Below are positions 49,449-58,672 of a stretch of 64,000 bases of DNA, piece after piece. The notes beneath the pieces were generated by a model. The model made no database searches and was not told the origin of the DNA. It was given only the letters and a program-made list of their open reading frames with translations. The translations under genes and the position numbers were made by a program. This DNA is from Alphaproteobacteria bacterium (GTDB taxonomy: Bacteria; Pseudomonadota; Alphaproteobacteria; SP197), in the NCBI GenBank assembly GCA_965228895.1, contig OZ245842.1:4064001-4128000 (forward strand). The letters run 5' to 3'. Position 1 is the stretch's first letter; every line of letters starts with the position of its first letter.

Positions 49449-50486
49449 TCAGACCGCGATGGCAACGTGGTTCAGGCCACCGTAGTGCTGTCGCGTTTCG
49501 GCAAGGGCCTGGTCGATGGCGTCGAGCGAAAAGGTCGTCGCCGTGACCTTCGACAAATCGAGTTGACCGCTGGCAATCATGTTGACCAGCCGCGCGCCGG
49601 CCCAGCGCGGGAACCACAGCGAGCCGTGAACACTGACCTCGTTGACCAGGAGCCAGCCGAGCGACACCGGCAGGGGCTGGCCTGTCGGACCGATAATGGC
49701 GACCTGGCCGAAACGTCTGAGCGACGGCAACAGCGCCTCGATGCTGGAGGCATCCGATGCCTCGACTGACGAGAACAATACGTCGACCTTGGCCCCGTCC
49801 GGCAGTTTCGTACCAGCAACAACGCGGTCGTCGAGCGCGGCGAGCTGATCCAAGATGTCGCGTCTGCGGCCAAGGGCGTAGACACGCGAAGCACCCATGG
49901 CGAGCGCCAAGAGGACCGCAGACGTGCCGAGAACGCCGGTTGCCCCGACGATTGCCACGTCTTGGCCGGCCTCCAATCCGGCATGCAGGAAACCGCCATA
50001 GGCCGTACCGATCCAACCGAGACGGCACAAGATTTCCGGTTTGATAGCGACATCGTCGGGTATGGGCACCGCGCATTCGGCGGGCAGCCGCATCTTTTCG
50101 GCGTAGCCGCCATCCCGCCACTTGGCCAGCATGCGCGAAGCCTCTGGACCCACACCGAAACTGCCGATGAAACCGTAGTCCTGGTCTCCGGCGCGCCCGG
50201 CCGAATAGTACAGCGGATCGGCATAGATCCGTGTTCCCACCTTCAGTCCCTCGACATCGTCGGCGACGGCGCTGATGACGCCGATGACGTCCATGCCCGG
50301 AGTAAACGGGCGCGGCGGCATCACGTAGCGACCTTCTCCGGCGACCATCTGAGCGACAAACGGCGATAAGAAACAGGCCTCGACGTCGATGACCACTGTG
50401 CCCGGCGTCGCTACCGGGTCATCGACCTCCTCAACCACCAAAGCCGTCGCACCGTCGTGCAGCCGTGCCGCTTTCATACCTCGCAT
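49449..50486 (-). CDS. MDR-family (alcohol dehydrogenase / quinone oxidoreductase-like) protein
   Basis: GroES-like N-terminus, DGGYAE, GATGVLG nucleotide-binding motif. GMD replaces the zinc-binding GHE. Confidence 0.8.
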   Translation of the reverse strand: MRGMKAARLHDGATALVVEEVDDPVATPGTVVIDVEACFLSPFVAQMVAGEGRYVMPPRPFTPGMDVIGVISAVADDVEGLKVGTRIYADPLYYSAGRAGDQDYGFIGSFGVGPEASRMLAKWRDGGYAEKMRLPAECAVPIPDDVAIKPEILCRLGWIGTAYGGFLHAGLEAGQDVAIVGATGVLGTSAVLLALAMGASRVYALGRRRDILDQLAALDDRVVAGTKLPDGAKVDVLFSSVEASDASSIEALLPSLRRFGQVAIIGPTGQPLPVSLGWLLVNEVSVHGSLWFPRWAGARLVNMIASGQLDLSKVTATTFSLDAIDQALAETRQHYGGLNHVAIAV

Positions 50487-50536
50487 CCTCCCTGTCTTCG
50501 TTGTCGCGCCAGCGCGCGTTAATCGAAACGTTTCCC

Positions 50537-51856
50537 CTAACTCTTGCGCGACATCAGACCGGTAAAGGCCAACAATAGCGGCCAGGGCGACACGTCGAGG
50601 TTACGGCGCAACAGCACCGACAGCGCCACGGCCGCCACGAGCAATGCAACCGTGGTGCTTATCGCCGCACCGTCCATGCCCATCAGCGGCACAAGAACGG
50701 CGTTGAGCGCGAGGTTGGCTAAGAACACACCCAACGTAACCCACATCGTTGCGCGCTCCTTGCCGGCGAACTGTAGCCACAACGGCGAAAGGGCCAGCAC
50801 GGAGCTGACGCCGTAGCCAACGGCCAGAATCTGCAGCGCACGCGTGGCGGCCAGATATTCTTGCCCGAACAAGGACAGGATGAAAGGCGCGAACACAATG
50901 ATTGCGATGCTTAGTGGGGCGACGAGCCAAAACAGCAAGCGGAAACCACGCTCGTGAAGGTCACGAATACCATCAGTTTCTTTGGCCAGTGCACCCGTAA
51001 TCAAGGGCGATATCACACTGACGCCCACCGTCTGCGCCAGGATGATGACGTAAACCGTGGTCGTCGCAGCGCCATAGAAGCCAACGACCGATTCATCACT
51101 CAGCACCAGTTCGATCATGAAGATGTCGGTCTGGCTCATGCCAATCTGCAGCAAGCCGACCAGCATCATCGGGATCGAGGCCACGATCCATTGCCTTGGT
51201 TCGGCAAGGTGTGGATGGCTTTGCATGGGCATCAACCTGTGCCGAAACACGAAAAAGAGCTGGACGATGATGACCAGGAAAGCCACGACCATGACGATCC
51301 AAAGCACGTCCACATCCGTCACGTCATCGAACACCATGGTCGCGACCAGAACGAAAACCAGCAGCAGGAGTGGATAGGCAATTCGCCAGGGCAATTGTGC
51401 CAAACCAACGCGCTTGGCTGCCAGAAACAACCGGCCGAGAAGCGTTACAACCGCGGCCAAAGGCGCCACCAGCGACGCGACGACCAGGGGATGATGGTCT
51501 TGTGGATCGAGCCCTTCATAATACAGAAAGCTGAGGGAGATCGTCACTGCGGCGACCATGACCGACAGGCCGAAAACGGCAAACAGATAGGTCCGCATAT
51601 AGTCCCACACACCGCCGCGGTGATCAGTTTCTAGAAACTTGGGGAGGAAACGCGGTGCGGCGCGGTCGCCTCCCAAAATCACAACCAGGGTGGCAAGTGC
51701 CAGAAACGACATGGCGACCTTGAAGTCACCGTAGTCGTGATTTGACAGTGTACGGGCAAGGAACAGGTTGAGGGCGTACTCGAGCGCAAAACCGCCAATG
51801 CCGGCGCCAAGCATGATGAACGTACTGCGCCGAATATAGGACTGTTCTTCCGTCAT
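50537..51856 (-). CDS. Wzx/MOP-superfamily flippase-like membrane protein (paralog A)
   Basis: ARTL...DYGDF, LGGDRAAPRFL, DIFMI...VGFY, LNAVLVPLMGMDGAA. GGGAGG-like sequence upstream. Confidence 0.85.
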   Translation of the reverse strand: MTEEQSYIRRSTFIMLGAGIGGFALEYALNLFLARTLSNHDYGDFKVAMSFLALATLVVILGGDRAAPRFLPKFLETDHRGGVWDYMRTYLFAVFGLSVMVAAVTISLSFLYYEGLDPQDHHPLVVASLVAPLAAVVTLLGRLFLAAKRVGLAQLPWRIAYPLLLLVFVLVATMVFDDVTDVDVLWIVMVVAFLVIIVQLFFVFRHRLMPMQSHPHLAEPRQWIVASIPMMLVGLLQIGMSQTDIFMIELVLSDESVVGFYGAATTTVYVIILAQTVGVSVISPLITGALAKETDGIRDLHERGFRLLFWLVAPLSIAIIVFAPFILSLFGQEYLAATRALQILAVGYGVSSVLALSPLWLQFAGKERATMWVTLGVFLANLALNAVLVPLMGMDGAAISTTVALLVAAVALSVLLRRNLDVSPWPLLLAFTGLMSRKS

Positions 51857-52200
51857 CTGACGTTGACCAAGGCCGACACGACCACCCTCCCCAAATGCAA
51901 CACGGCGAACCTAGATCAGAACCTGGGGTGAAGATGTGCTCACCGTCAACGATGACGCCAATTCGCCAGAGATGGAGCGGGATGCCAGCTTCCAGGTTTC
52001 AGCCTGTCGCACCCCCACGATCTCCCTAGCGTCCTGATGAAATCGCAACCCCCGACCTACCTGGGTCATGCGAACACATTCGCCGAAGGGCAGCAAGGGC
52101 CGATCCGCTCACGAGGCCCTCCGGTCTGGCTTAACTGCCTGATGCCAGCCAATTGAACCGCGTGGTCACAGACCGGCCAACAGGAACCGGCAGGCGACCC

Positions 52201-53520
52201 TTACGCCAACTGATCGGCCACGGCCGTTGCCGTCTCCATACCGGAGTTCAGGGCGCCCGCCGCCGTCGCCCAAAGCAGCCTGTCGCACGCCTCACCAGCA
52301 AAATAGACGCGGTCGCCGACGGGCCGGCGTAACGTGTCGCGCATGTGGTAGTAGCCGGGATCGGCGGAAGCGTAGGAGCCCAGGGTCCACGGGTCCTTGT
52401 CCCACATGGTGTAGTTGCCTTTGACAAACGCTTTCTCGATGTCGTTGCCGATATGCTGTTTGAGCTTTTCCAGACCAAACGCGATCGCCGCGTCGTTGCC
52501 TTCGGCAATCAACTGCCGGCCGAAAGAACCGCCGACAAAACCAAAATTCAGATGCGTTCCCGAGATGTTGGTGAGGAAACCCACCGCATCGGTCGTGTCG
52601 GGTTTGTATTCCCAGTACGTGTCGTCACCCAGCCCGAAGATGTCCTCGGAAAACTGCAACGCGATGTGGTTATAGGTTCCCATCGAAATACGTTGAAACG
52701 ATTCCCGTTTGTCTTCCGGCAGCGCAGGCGTGAAGCGGATAATGTCGGCGCCCAGAACACCGGTCGACACGGTGACAATGACGGCCTTGGTTTGAATCGT
52801 CCCAGCGGCGGTTTCCACGGTCACACCATTGCCGCTCCAGTCGATGGCGACAACCGGCGTATCAAGCTGCACCGGCAGATCCTGACCGTAATGAGCGACA
52901 AGCGCACCGAAACCTTGTTTGCAGAACCAGTTCTCCGAACCCGCTTCGCCGTTCCAGTAGTCCAGCGTCGAAATGCCGTCGAGGTCCTTCCCCATATTCC
53001 AGCCGCCGATGTAACAGGCGACGAGTGGCGCCCACGGCCCGTCGCTCGGGACGACTGACGCGGCATCGACGTCGCGGCCTTCTCGGCCGGCATCGTAGAT
53101 TGCGTTGATGGTAGCCTCGTACTGCTGTCCGACGGCTGCGTAGTCGGCATCGGACAGTTCGACCGTGCCGTCGACCGTCACGCCGCCGCCGGGCGCCGGA
53201 TAGACATCGAAACCGTTTTCCTCGCCATAACCGACAAACGGGTTCATGTAGGCGTTGTGCAGCCAGTGACAGCCCTGATCGTAAGGCACGCCGAAGGTCT
53301 CTGACTCGGTATAGGCGCGCCCGCCAATGCGGTCGCGTGCTTCCAGGACAACGACCGTCAACCCACGATCGAGCAAGGTACGCGCCGCCGCCAGCCCGGC
53401 GGCACCCGCACCGACCACGACGACATCGGGATTCGTTGGCGGCTGCGCAAAGGCCGGCGTTGCAGCGACGGATGCAAGGCCGCCCAGAACGGTGCGGCGT
53501 GATAGTCGAAGGCTGGTCAC
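52201..53520 (-). CDS. Tat-exported flavin amine oxidase family protein
   Basis: GTG 53520 with GGAG RBS, SRRTVL Tat signal, GAGAAGL...EARDRIGGR, W-x-x-DPW-x-x-GSY, FAGEA. Confidence 0.87.
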   Translation of the reverse strand: MTSLRLSRRTVLGGLASVAATPAFAQPPTNPDVVVVGAGAAGLAAARTLLDRGLTVVVLEARDRIGGRAYTESETFGVPYDQGCHWLHNAYMNPFVGYGEENGFDVYPAPGGGVTVDGTVELSDADYAAVGQQYEATINAIYDAGREGRDVDAASVVPSDGPWAPLVACYIGGWNMGKDLDGISTLDYWNGEAGSENWFCKQGFGALVAHYGQDLPVQLDTPVVAIDWSGNGVTVETAAGTIQTKAVIVTVSTGVLGADIIRFTPALPEDKRESFQRISMGTYNHIALQFSEDIFGLGDDTYWEYKPDTTDAVGFLTNISGTHLNFGFVGGSFGRQLIAEGNDAAIAFGLEKLKQHIGNDIEKAFVKGNYTMWDKDPWTLGSYASADPGYYHMRDTLRRPVGDRVYFAGEACDRLLWATAAGALNSGMETATAVADQLA

Positions 53521-53667
53521 GGTGTTGTCTCCACGTCGGTCGTCGACATGCTTGTCGGCGCAGCCCCAGGTTGCACGCCTTCCTCTACGGTGTCGAGGCC
53601 GGACTTTGGGCGCCTCACCCTGCGTAGTAATGTGGGCGTCGTTGGCTCGGTTGATCGGAGTGCGGCA

Positions 53668-54312
53668 ATGTACCTGCAAGCGGCGTTTCGCGAGGAAGAC
53701 TTGGCGACCATGCACGCGGCCATGCGCGCGACCAACCTGATGACCCTGGTGACCCAAGGCGCCGACGGTTTGCAGGCGAGCCACGTTCCCGTCTTGCTCG
53801 ATGAAACCAACGGTCTCAACGGCACGATTACCGGCCACCTGTCGCGCGCCAACGAGCAGTGGCAAAAGACCGACACCAGCCTGCCGGCGCTGGCGATGTT
53901 CCGGGGACCGGACGCCTATATCAGCCCGTCGTGGTACGCGACAAAACGCGAGCACGGCAAGGTCGTGCCGACCTGGAACTATGTCGCCGTGCACGCCCAC
54001 GGCCCCATCAAGTTCTTTGACGACCGCGAACAACTGCGCGGTATCGTCACGGGGCTGACCGATCGCCACGAAGCCGGCCGCGCCGAACCGTGGGCCGTCG
54101 CCGACGCGCCCGACGATTACGTCGAGGCCATGCTGAAAGGCATCATCGGATTCGAACTCGTCATCGACCGCCTGGAAGGCAAGTGGAAGATGAGTCAAAA
54201 CCGCGGCGAAGCCGATCGCCGCGGCGTTGTCGACGGTCTGAATGCCACAAAGACGCCCGACGAAGACGCGGTGGCCTCCATCATGGATCGGCAGTTGACG
54301 GATCCCAGCTAA
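53668..54312 (+). CDS. paiB: PaiB-like FMN-binding protein
   Basis: MY-x-x-x-x-F start, SHVP, GHLSRAN, GPDAYISPSWY, VPTWNY, KMSQN. Confidence 0.9.
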   Translation: MYLQAAFREEDLATMHAAMRATNLMTLVTQGADGLQASHVPVLLDETNGLNGTITGHLSRANEQWQKTDTSLPALAMFRGPDAYISPSWYATKREHGKVVPTWNYVAVHAHGPIKFFDDREQLRGIVTGLTDRHEAGRAEPWAVADAPDDYVEAMLKGIIGFELVIDRLEGKWKMSQNRGEADRRGVVDGLNATKTPDEDAVASIMDRQLTDPS

Positions 54313-54453
54313 GGCACAGGTGCTATCGCGCCATCGTGCGGCAGTACGCCCTACCCCTATGCACACTTGGCCGGACAGTAAGGCTGTCTAGAATAGTGGC
54401 CGCGATTCGCCTGAAACGGCGGCGCGGTAAGATTACCGAAGGGGGACGGTGCC

Positions 54454-57189
54454 TTGCGACGTTTCGTACAATCCTTGATTCTTGTCATTGGTTTGATTGG
54501 CCTGCCGATCACCACACATGCGGCCGACGATACGGTCGCCGTCGTCCTGGATTTCTCCAACAGCATGTGGGGACAGGTCGACGAGGTCGCCAAGATCGAG
54601 ATCGCACGCGACGTCTTCGCCGATATGTTGCAGAACTGGGACGCGACCCGTCCCCTGGGTGTCGTCGCCTACGGCCATCGTAGCAAGGACGACTGCGCGG
54701 ATATCGAGGTCATCCAGCCGGTCGGACCGGTCGACGCAGACGCGCTGATCGCCGAGATCGGGGATCTACGCCCGACCGGCAAGACACCGCTGACGGAAGC
54801 GGTACGCCAGGCCGCCGACCTCTTACGCTACCGCGACGCACCGGCAACCGTGGTGCTGCTTTCTGACGGCATCGAGACCTGCAACGCGGACCCCTGCGCC
54901 GTTGCCGCGGAACTCGAACGAAGTGGCATCGCGTTTACCGCCCACGTCATCGGATTCGATGTCAGTGAGGAAGATCAGGCCGGGCTGATGTGCATCGCCG
55001 AGGCCACGGGCGGCCGCTACTATACCGCCGCCAACGCCGCCGATCTGGCCGGCGCGCTAACCGCCGCGACCAAGGTCGAAGCCCCGGCGACCTACGAAAC
55101 CAATCTGCGCGCCATCAATGCCATCACGGGCAAGCCAGTGACCGGCAACGTCACGTGGACCATCACCGACAGCGGCGGCAAGACGGTCCCGGCGCCCAGC
55201 AGTGGCGCGGAGATTGTCCTCGATCTGCTGCCCGGTGACTTCAGCGTCTCGGTGGCGACAGATGACGGCGAAGGCAAAGCCGCGTTCACGGTCGCCGAAG
55301 CCGGCAGTACCGTCGACGTACCCGTTGGCTCGACCTTGCCGGAGGCTACTGTCGAGACACAGAAGGAAGCGCCGTCCGGCTCCGACCTCACGGTCGCCTG
55401 GACTGGACCCGACGGCGGCGGAGACTACATCACCATCGTCGAGGTCGGCACGCCGGACGGTGAGTTCGGCAACTACACCTACACCAACCGCGGCAGCCCG
55501 CTGACGGTCACCGCGCCCATTGCACTCGGCGCCTTCGAAGTTCGCTACATGTGGGCCGAAGGCGACCGCACGCTGGCCAGCCAGACGGTTACCCTGACCC
55601 CGATCGAAGCCACACTGGAAGCGCCGCCGGAGATACCGTCCGGCTCCAATGTCGCGGTCACCTGGACCGGGCCCGACTACAACCCGGACTACATCACCAT
55701 CGTCGAAGCGGGCGCGCCCGAAGGCACATTCACCAACTACACCTATACCAATCGCGGCAGTCCACTAACGCTGACCGTCCCCGATGCCTTGGGCGCCTAC
55801 GAGATTCGCTACGTCCTCGGCCAGTCCGACAACACGCTGGCCAGCCTGCCGGTCACGCTGGTGCCGGTCGAGGGCTCGGTCGAAGCGCCGGCCGAGATCC
55901 CGACGGGCTCTCAGTTCGAGGTCACCTGGACCGGCCCGGACAACAATCAGGACTACATCACCATCGTCGAAGCCGGCGCGCCGGAAGGCAGCTACACGAA
56001 CTACACCTACACCAACCGCGGCAGCCCCTTGACCCTGACGGCGCCTGACGGTATCGGCCAATACGAAGTCCGTTACGTCATCAACCAGTCCGACCGCACG
56101 CTCGCCAGTCAGGTGGTGACCGTTGTCGAGAGCAGTGCGACGGTCGAGGCGCCAGCCGAGATTCCATCGGGTTCCGAGTTCGACGTGACCTGGACCGGGC
56201 CGGACAACAACCAGGACTACATCACCATCGTTGAGGCTGGCGCGCCGGAAGGCAGCTACACGACCTACAAGCGCACCAACTGGGGCAACCCCGTCACCCT
56301 GACGGCGCCGGACGGTCTGGGCCAGTACGAGGTTCGCTACGTGCTCAACCAATCCGGCAGGACCTTGGCAAGCCAAACGGTTACCCTGGTACCGGTCGAA
56401 GCGAGCGTGCAGGCGCCCGCCGAGATCCCGGCCGGCGCGACATTTGACGTGACGTGGGTGGGACCGGACAACAACCGCGACTACATCACGATTGTCGAAG
56501 CGGGTGCGCCGGAAGGCAGCTATCTCAACAACAAACGCACCAACCACGGCAGCCCGCTCCCGCTCATCGCACCTGACGCGCTGGGCAACTACGAGGTCCG
56601 CTATGTGCTCGGCGAATCCAACCGCACCATTGCCAGCCAGCCTGTGACGCTGGTGCCGGTCGATGCGACGCTGGAAGTGCTCAACGCGATCGTCCCGGGC
56701 GGCGAGGTTCAGATTGCGTGGACCGGTCCAGGCTACGTCCGCGACTACATCACCATCGTCGAGGCGGGCGCGCCGGAGGGCCACACCCTGGATAACCAGC
56801 GCACCAGTCGCGGCAATCCGATGGTTCTGACGGCACCGGAATCTTTAGGGAATTTCGAAATCCGCTACGTTCTCGGCGATAGCGATCGGACGTTGGCCAG
56901 CCTGCCGATTACCATCGCCCCGGCGTCGGTGACACTCGAGGCGCCGAAGAGCGTCCCGGTCAACAGCGCGTTCGAGGTGACCTGGACCGGACCCGGTAAT
57001 TGGGAGGACTTTATCGAGATCGTGCCGGCGGGCGCCGCCGCCGATGACGCGCCGACCCGCGAGGCCCGGACGTCGCAAGGCAACCCGCTACCGATCTTTG
57101 CCCCGGCCCAGGCCGGCAACTATGAGATCCGCTATATGATGCGCGAAACCGGCGAGATCGCCGCCAGTATCGATCTGGTCGTCGAATAG
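54454..57189 (+). CDS. Secreted VWA-domain protein with seven tandem Ig-like repeats
   Basis: Signal peptide, MIDAS-like DFSNSM, G-x-TPL, SDG-x-ETC, then 7 repeats of ~88 aa. Confidence 0.88.
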   Translation: MRRFVQSLILVIGLIGLPITTHAADDTVAVVLDFSNSMWGQVDEVAKIEIARDVFADMLQNWDATRPLGVVAYGHRSKDDCADIEVIQPVGPVDADALIAEIGDLRPTGKTPLTEAVRQAADLLRYRDAPATVVLLSDGIETCNADPCAVAAELERSGIAFTAHVIGFDVSEEDQAGLMCIAEATGGRYYTAANAADLAGALTAATKVEAPATYETNLRAINAITGKPVTGNVTWTITDSGGKTVPAPSSGAEIVLDLLPGDFSVSVATDDGEGKAAFTVAEAGSTVDVPVGSTLPEATVETQKEAPSGSDLTVAWTGPDGGGDYITIVEVGTPDGEFGNYTYTNRGSPLTVTAPIALGAFEVRYMWAEGDRTLASQTVTLTPIEATLEAPPEIPSGSNVAVTWTGPDYNPDYITIVEAGAPEGTFTNYTYTNRGSPLTLTVPDALGAYEIRYVLGQSDNTLASLPVTLVPVEGSVEAPAEIPTGSQFEVTWTGPDNNQDYITIVEAGAPEGSYTNYTYTNRGSPLTLTAPDGIGQYEVRYVINQSDRTLASQVVTVVESSATVEAPAEIPSGSEFDVTWTGPDNNQDYITIVEAGAPEGSYTTYKRTNWGNPVTLTAPDGLGQYEVRYVLNQSGRTLASQTVTLVPVEASVQAPAEIPAGATFDVTWVGPDNNRDYITIVEAGAPEGSYLNNKRTNHGSPLPLIAPDALGNYEVRYVLGESNRTIASQPVTLVPVDATLEVLNAIVPGGEVQIAWTGPGYVRDYITIVEAGAPEGHTLDNQRTSRGNPMVLTAPESLGNFEIRYVLGDSDRTLASLPITIAPASVTLEAPKSVPVNSAFEVTWTGPGNWEDFIEIVPAGAAADDAPTREARTSQGNPLPIFAPAQAGNYEIRYMMRETGEIAASIDLVVE
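55345..57186 (+). repeat. Seven intragenic tandem repeats, 264-bp period
   Basis: GACTACATCAC(C/G)AT recurs every 264 bp; protein motif WTGPD...DYITIVEAGAPEG...YEVRY...RTLAS. Confidence 0.92.
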
Positions 57190-57315
57190 CCGTCATAGTT
57201 GTGCGCTAGTCTCTCCGCGTGATCGCGCCCGGGTCCCGGTTTTGTGATCGGCACCCGGACAAAGCACCACCATATCGGCCATGTGGGGTCGGGACCGCTG
57301 TGCCCGGGAGAGGTT

Positions 57316-57783
57316 ATGAACCAGCAAGAACGTATGGCGTCGCCGATTGACAACGCCAATGCCATGAAGACGACGCTGCAGAAGCTTTTTCTTGAACCGA
57401 CGAACCATCTTGATCGCGCGGTCGAGGAGCAGAATCTCAACGTCGACTACGCGCGCCGGATCAATGATGTGGTGTTGCGGGCCGCACAATCGCTTACCGC
57501 ACGCCAGGGCATGGTGCTGCGCGAGACCTTTGACGAGCTTTCATCGGTCCTGAAGGACGCCGCAACCAACGGCCAACAGATGGCCTCGGGCGAGGCCCAA
57601 CTGCGTTGCGTCGAACTCTCCGTCGCCCACGGCCTCGAGCAATTGCGCGTCGCGTTTGAGTGGGCGAACGACGTCAACATGTCGTCGTGGGATCTGCTCG
57701 AACAACGGCTGAAACGGTCGCTGGCCGAAGCCCGATCCACCGAGATTGCGCAAGCCGATGAGCGTCCAGCCCTGGAAGGCTGA
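57316..57783 (+). CDS. Phasin-like helical protein
   Basis: ATG 57316 with GGAGAGG RBS, 155 aa, all-helical A/L/E/Q-rich pattern, immediately upstream of bdhA. Confidence 0.55.
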   Translation: MNQQERMASPIDNANAMKTTLQKLFLEPTNHLDRAVEEQNLNVDYARRINDVVLRAAQSLTARQGMVLRETFDELSSVLKDAATNGQQMASGEAQLRCVELSVAHGLEQLRVAFEWANDVNMSSWDLLEQRLKRSLAEARSTEIAQADERPALEG

Positions 57784-57877
57784 CTGACCAACACCTCGGC
57801 CATGGTCAGCCGGCGGCCTTGACCGGCCGCTTCGGCGAACCAACCTTGTCGCCTATGAGATTCAACGAGAGGTCGTC

Positions 57878-58660
57878 ATGACCGAACGCAAGTCCGCGAT
57901 CATCACCGGATCGACCAGCGGCATCGGCCTGGGTATCGCCGAAGCCCTGGCCGGTGCCGGCATAAACATCACCTTGAACGGTTTCGGCGATGCCGCCGAG
58001 ATCGAGTCGACGCGCGCGCAGCTTGAGGCTGACCACGGCATCGAGGCCGCCTATAACGGCGCCGACATGACCAAACCTGATGAGATCGCCGATCTCATCG
58101 CGGCGACCGAGAAACGGTTCGGCGCGGTCGACATCCTCGTCAACAACGCGGGCATTCAGCATGTCGCGCCGATCGAGGACTTCCCGGCCGAGAAGTGGGA
58201 CGCGATCCTGGCGATCAACCTCTCAAGCGCATTTCACACAACGCGTCACGCGGTACCCGGCATGAAACAGCGGCGTTGGGGCCGTATCATCAACCTTGCC
58301 TCGGCCCACGGCCTGGTCGCCTCGCCCTTCAAATCGGCCTATGTCACCGCCAAACACGGTATGATTGGCCTGACCAAAACCGTGGCGCTGGAGACGGCGG
58401 AGTTCGGCATCACCTGCAACGCGATCTGTCCGGGCTACGTGTTGACGCCGTTGGTCGAGAAGCAGATTCCCGACACCGCCAAGGCGCGCGGCATCACGGA
58501 AGAGGAGGTCGTGCGCGACGTCCTGCTGGACGCCCAGGCGACCAAGGAGTTCGTCACGGTCGAACAGTTGGGCGCGCTCGCCGTCTTCTTGTGCACGGAC
58601 GCGGCTGCCCAGATGACCGGCACGGCGCTTCCAGTCGACGGCGGCTGGACCGCCCACTAG
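57878..58660 (+). CDS. bdhA: D-3-hydroxybutyrate dehydrogenase
   Basis: TGSTSGIG, NNAGIQHV, SAHGLVASPFKSAYVTAKHG, CPGYV-x-TPLV, DGGWTA. Confidence 0.93.
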   Translation: MTERKSAIITGSTSGIGLGIAEALAGAGINITLNGFGDAAEIESTRAQLEADHGIEAAYNGADMTKPDEIADLIAATEKRFGAVDILVNNAGIQHVAPIEDFPAEKWDAILAINLSSAFHTTRHAVPGMKQRRWGRIINLASAHGLVASPFKSAYVTAKHGMIGLTKTVALETAEFGITCNAICPGYVLTPLVEKQIPDTAKARGITEEEVVRDVLLDAQATKEFVTVEQLGALAVFLCTDAAAQMTGTALPVDGGWTAH

Positions 58661-58672
58661 GGCGAGGGAACC

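Noticed and set aside
51860-52200. 340-bp gap: possible riboswitch, sRNA or gene remnant
   Set aside because: No recognisable riboswitch consensus, and the short ORFs lack motifs; an Rfam or BLASTX search would be needed.
48061-54366. ORF-track long versions (686 aa at 48061-50121; 721 aa at 52201-54366) suggesting fusions
   Set aside because: The N-terminal extensions overlap other real genes and are not protein-like; true starts are at 49380 and 53520. The same applies to 18268-20055, 40563-42086 and 62098-63276.
55345-57186. Regularly spaced repeats as a CRISPR array or DGR
   Set aside because: The 264-bp in-frame coding repeats vary mainly at synonymous positions, with no unique spacers, cas genes or reverse transcriptase.
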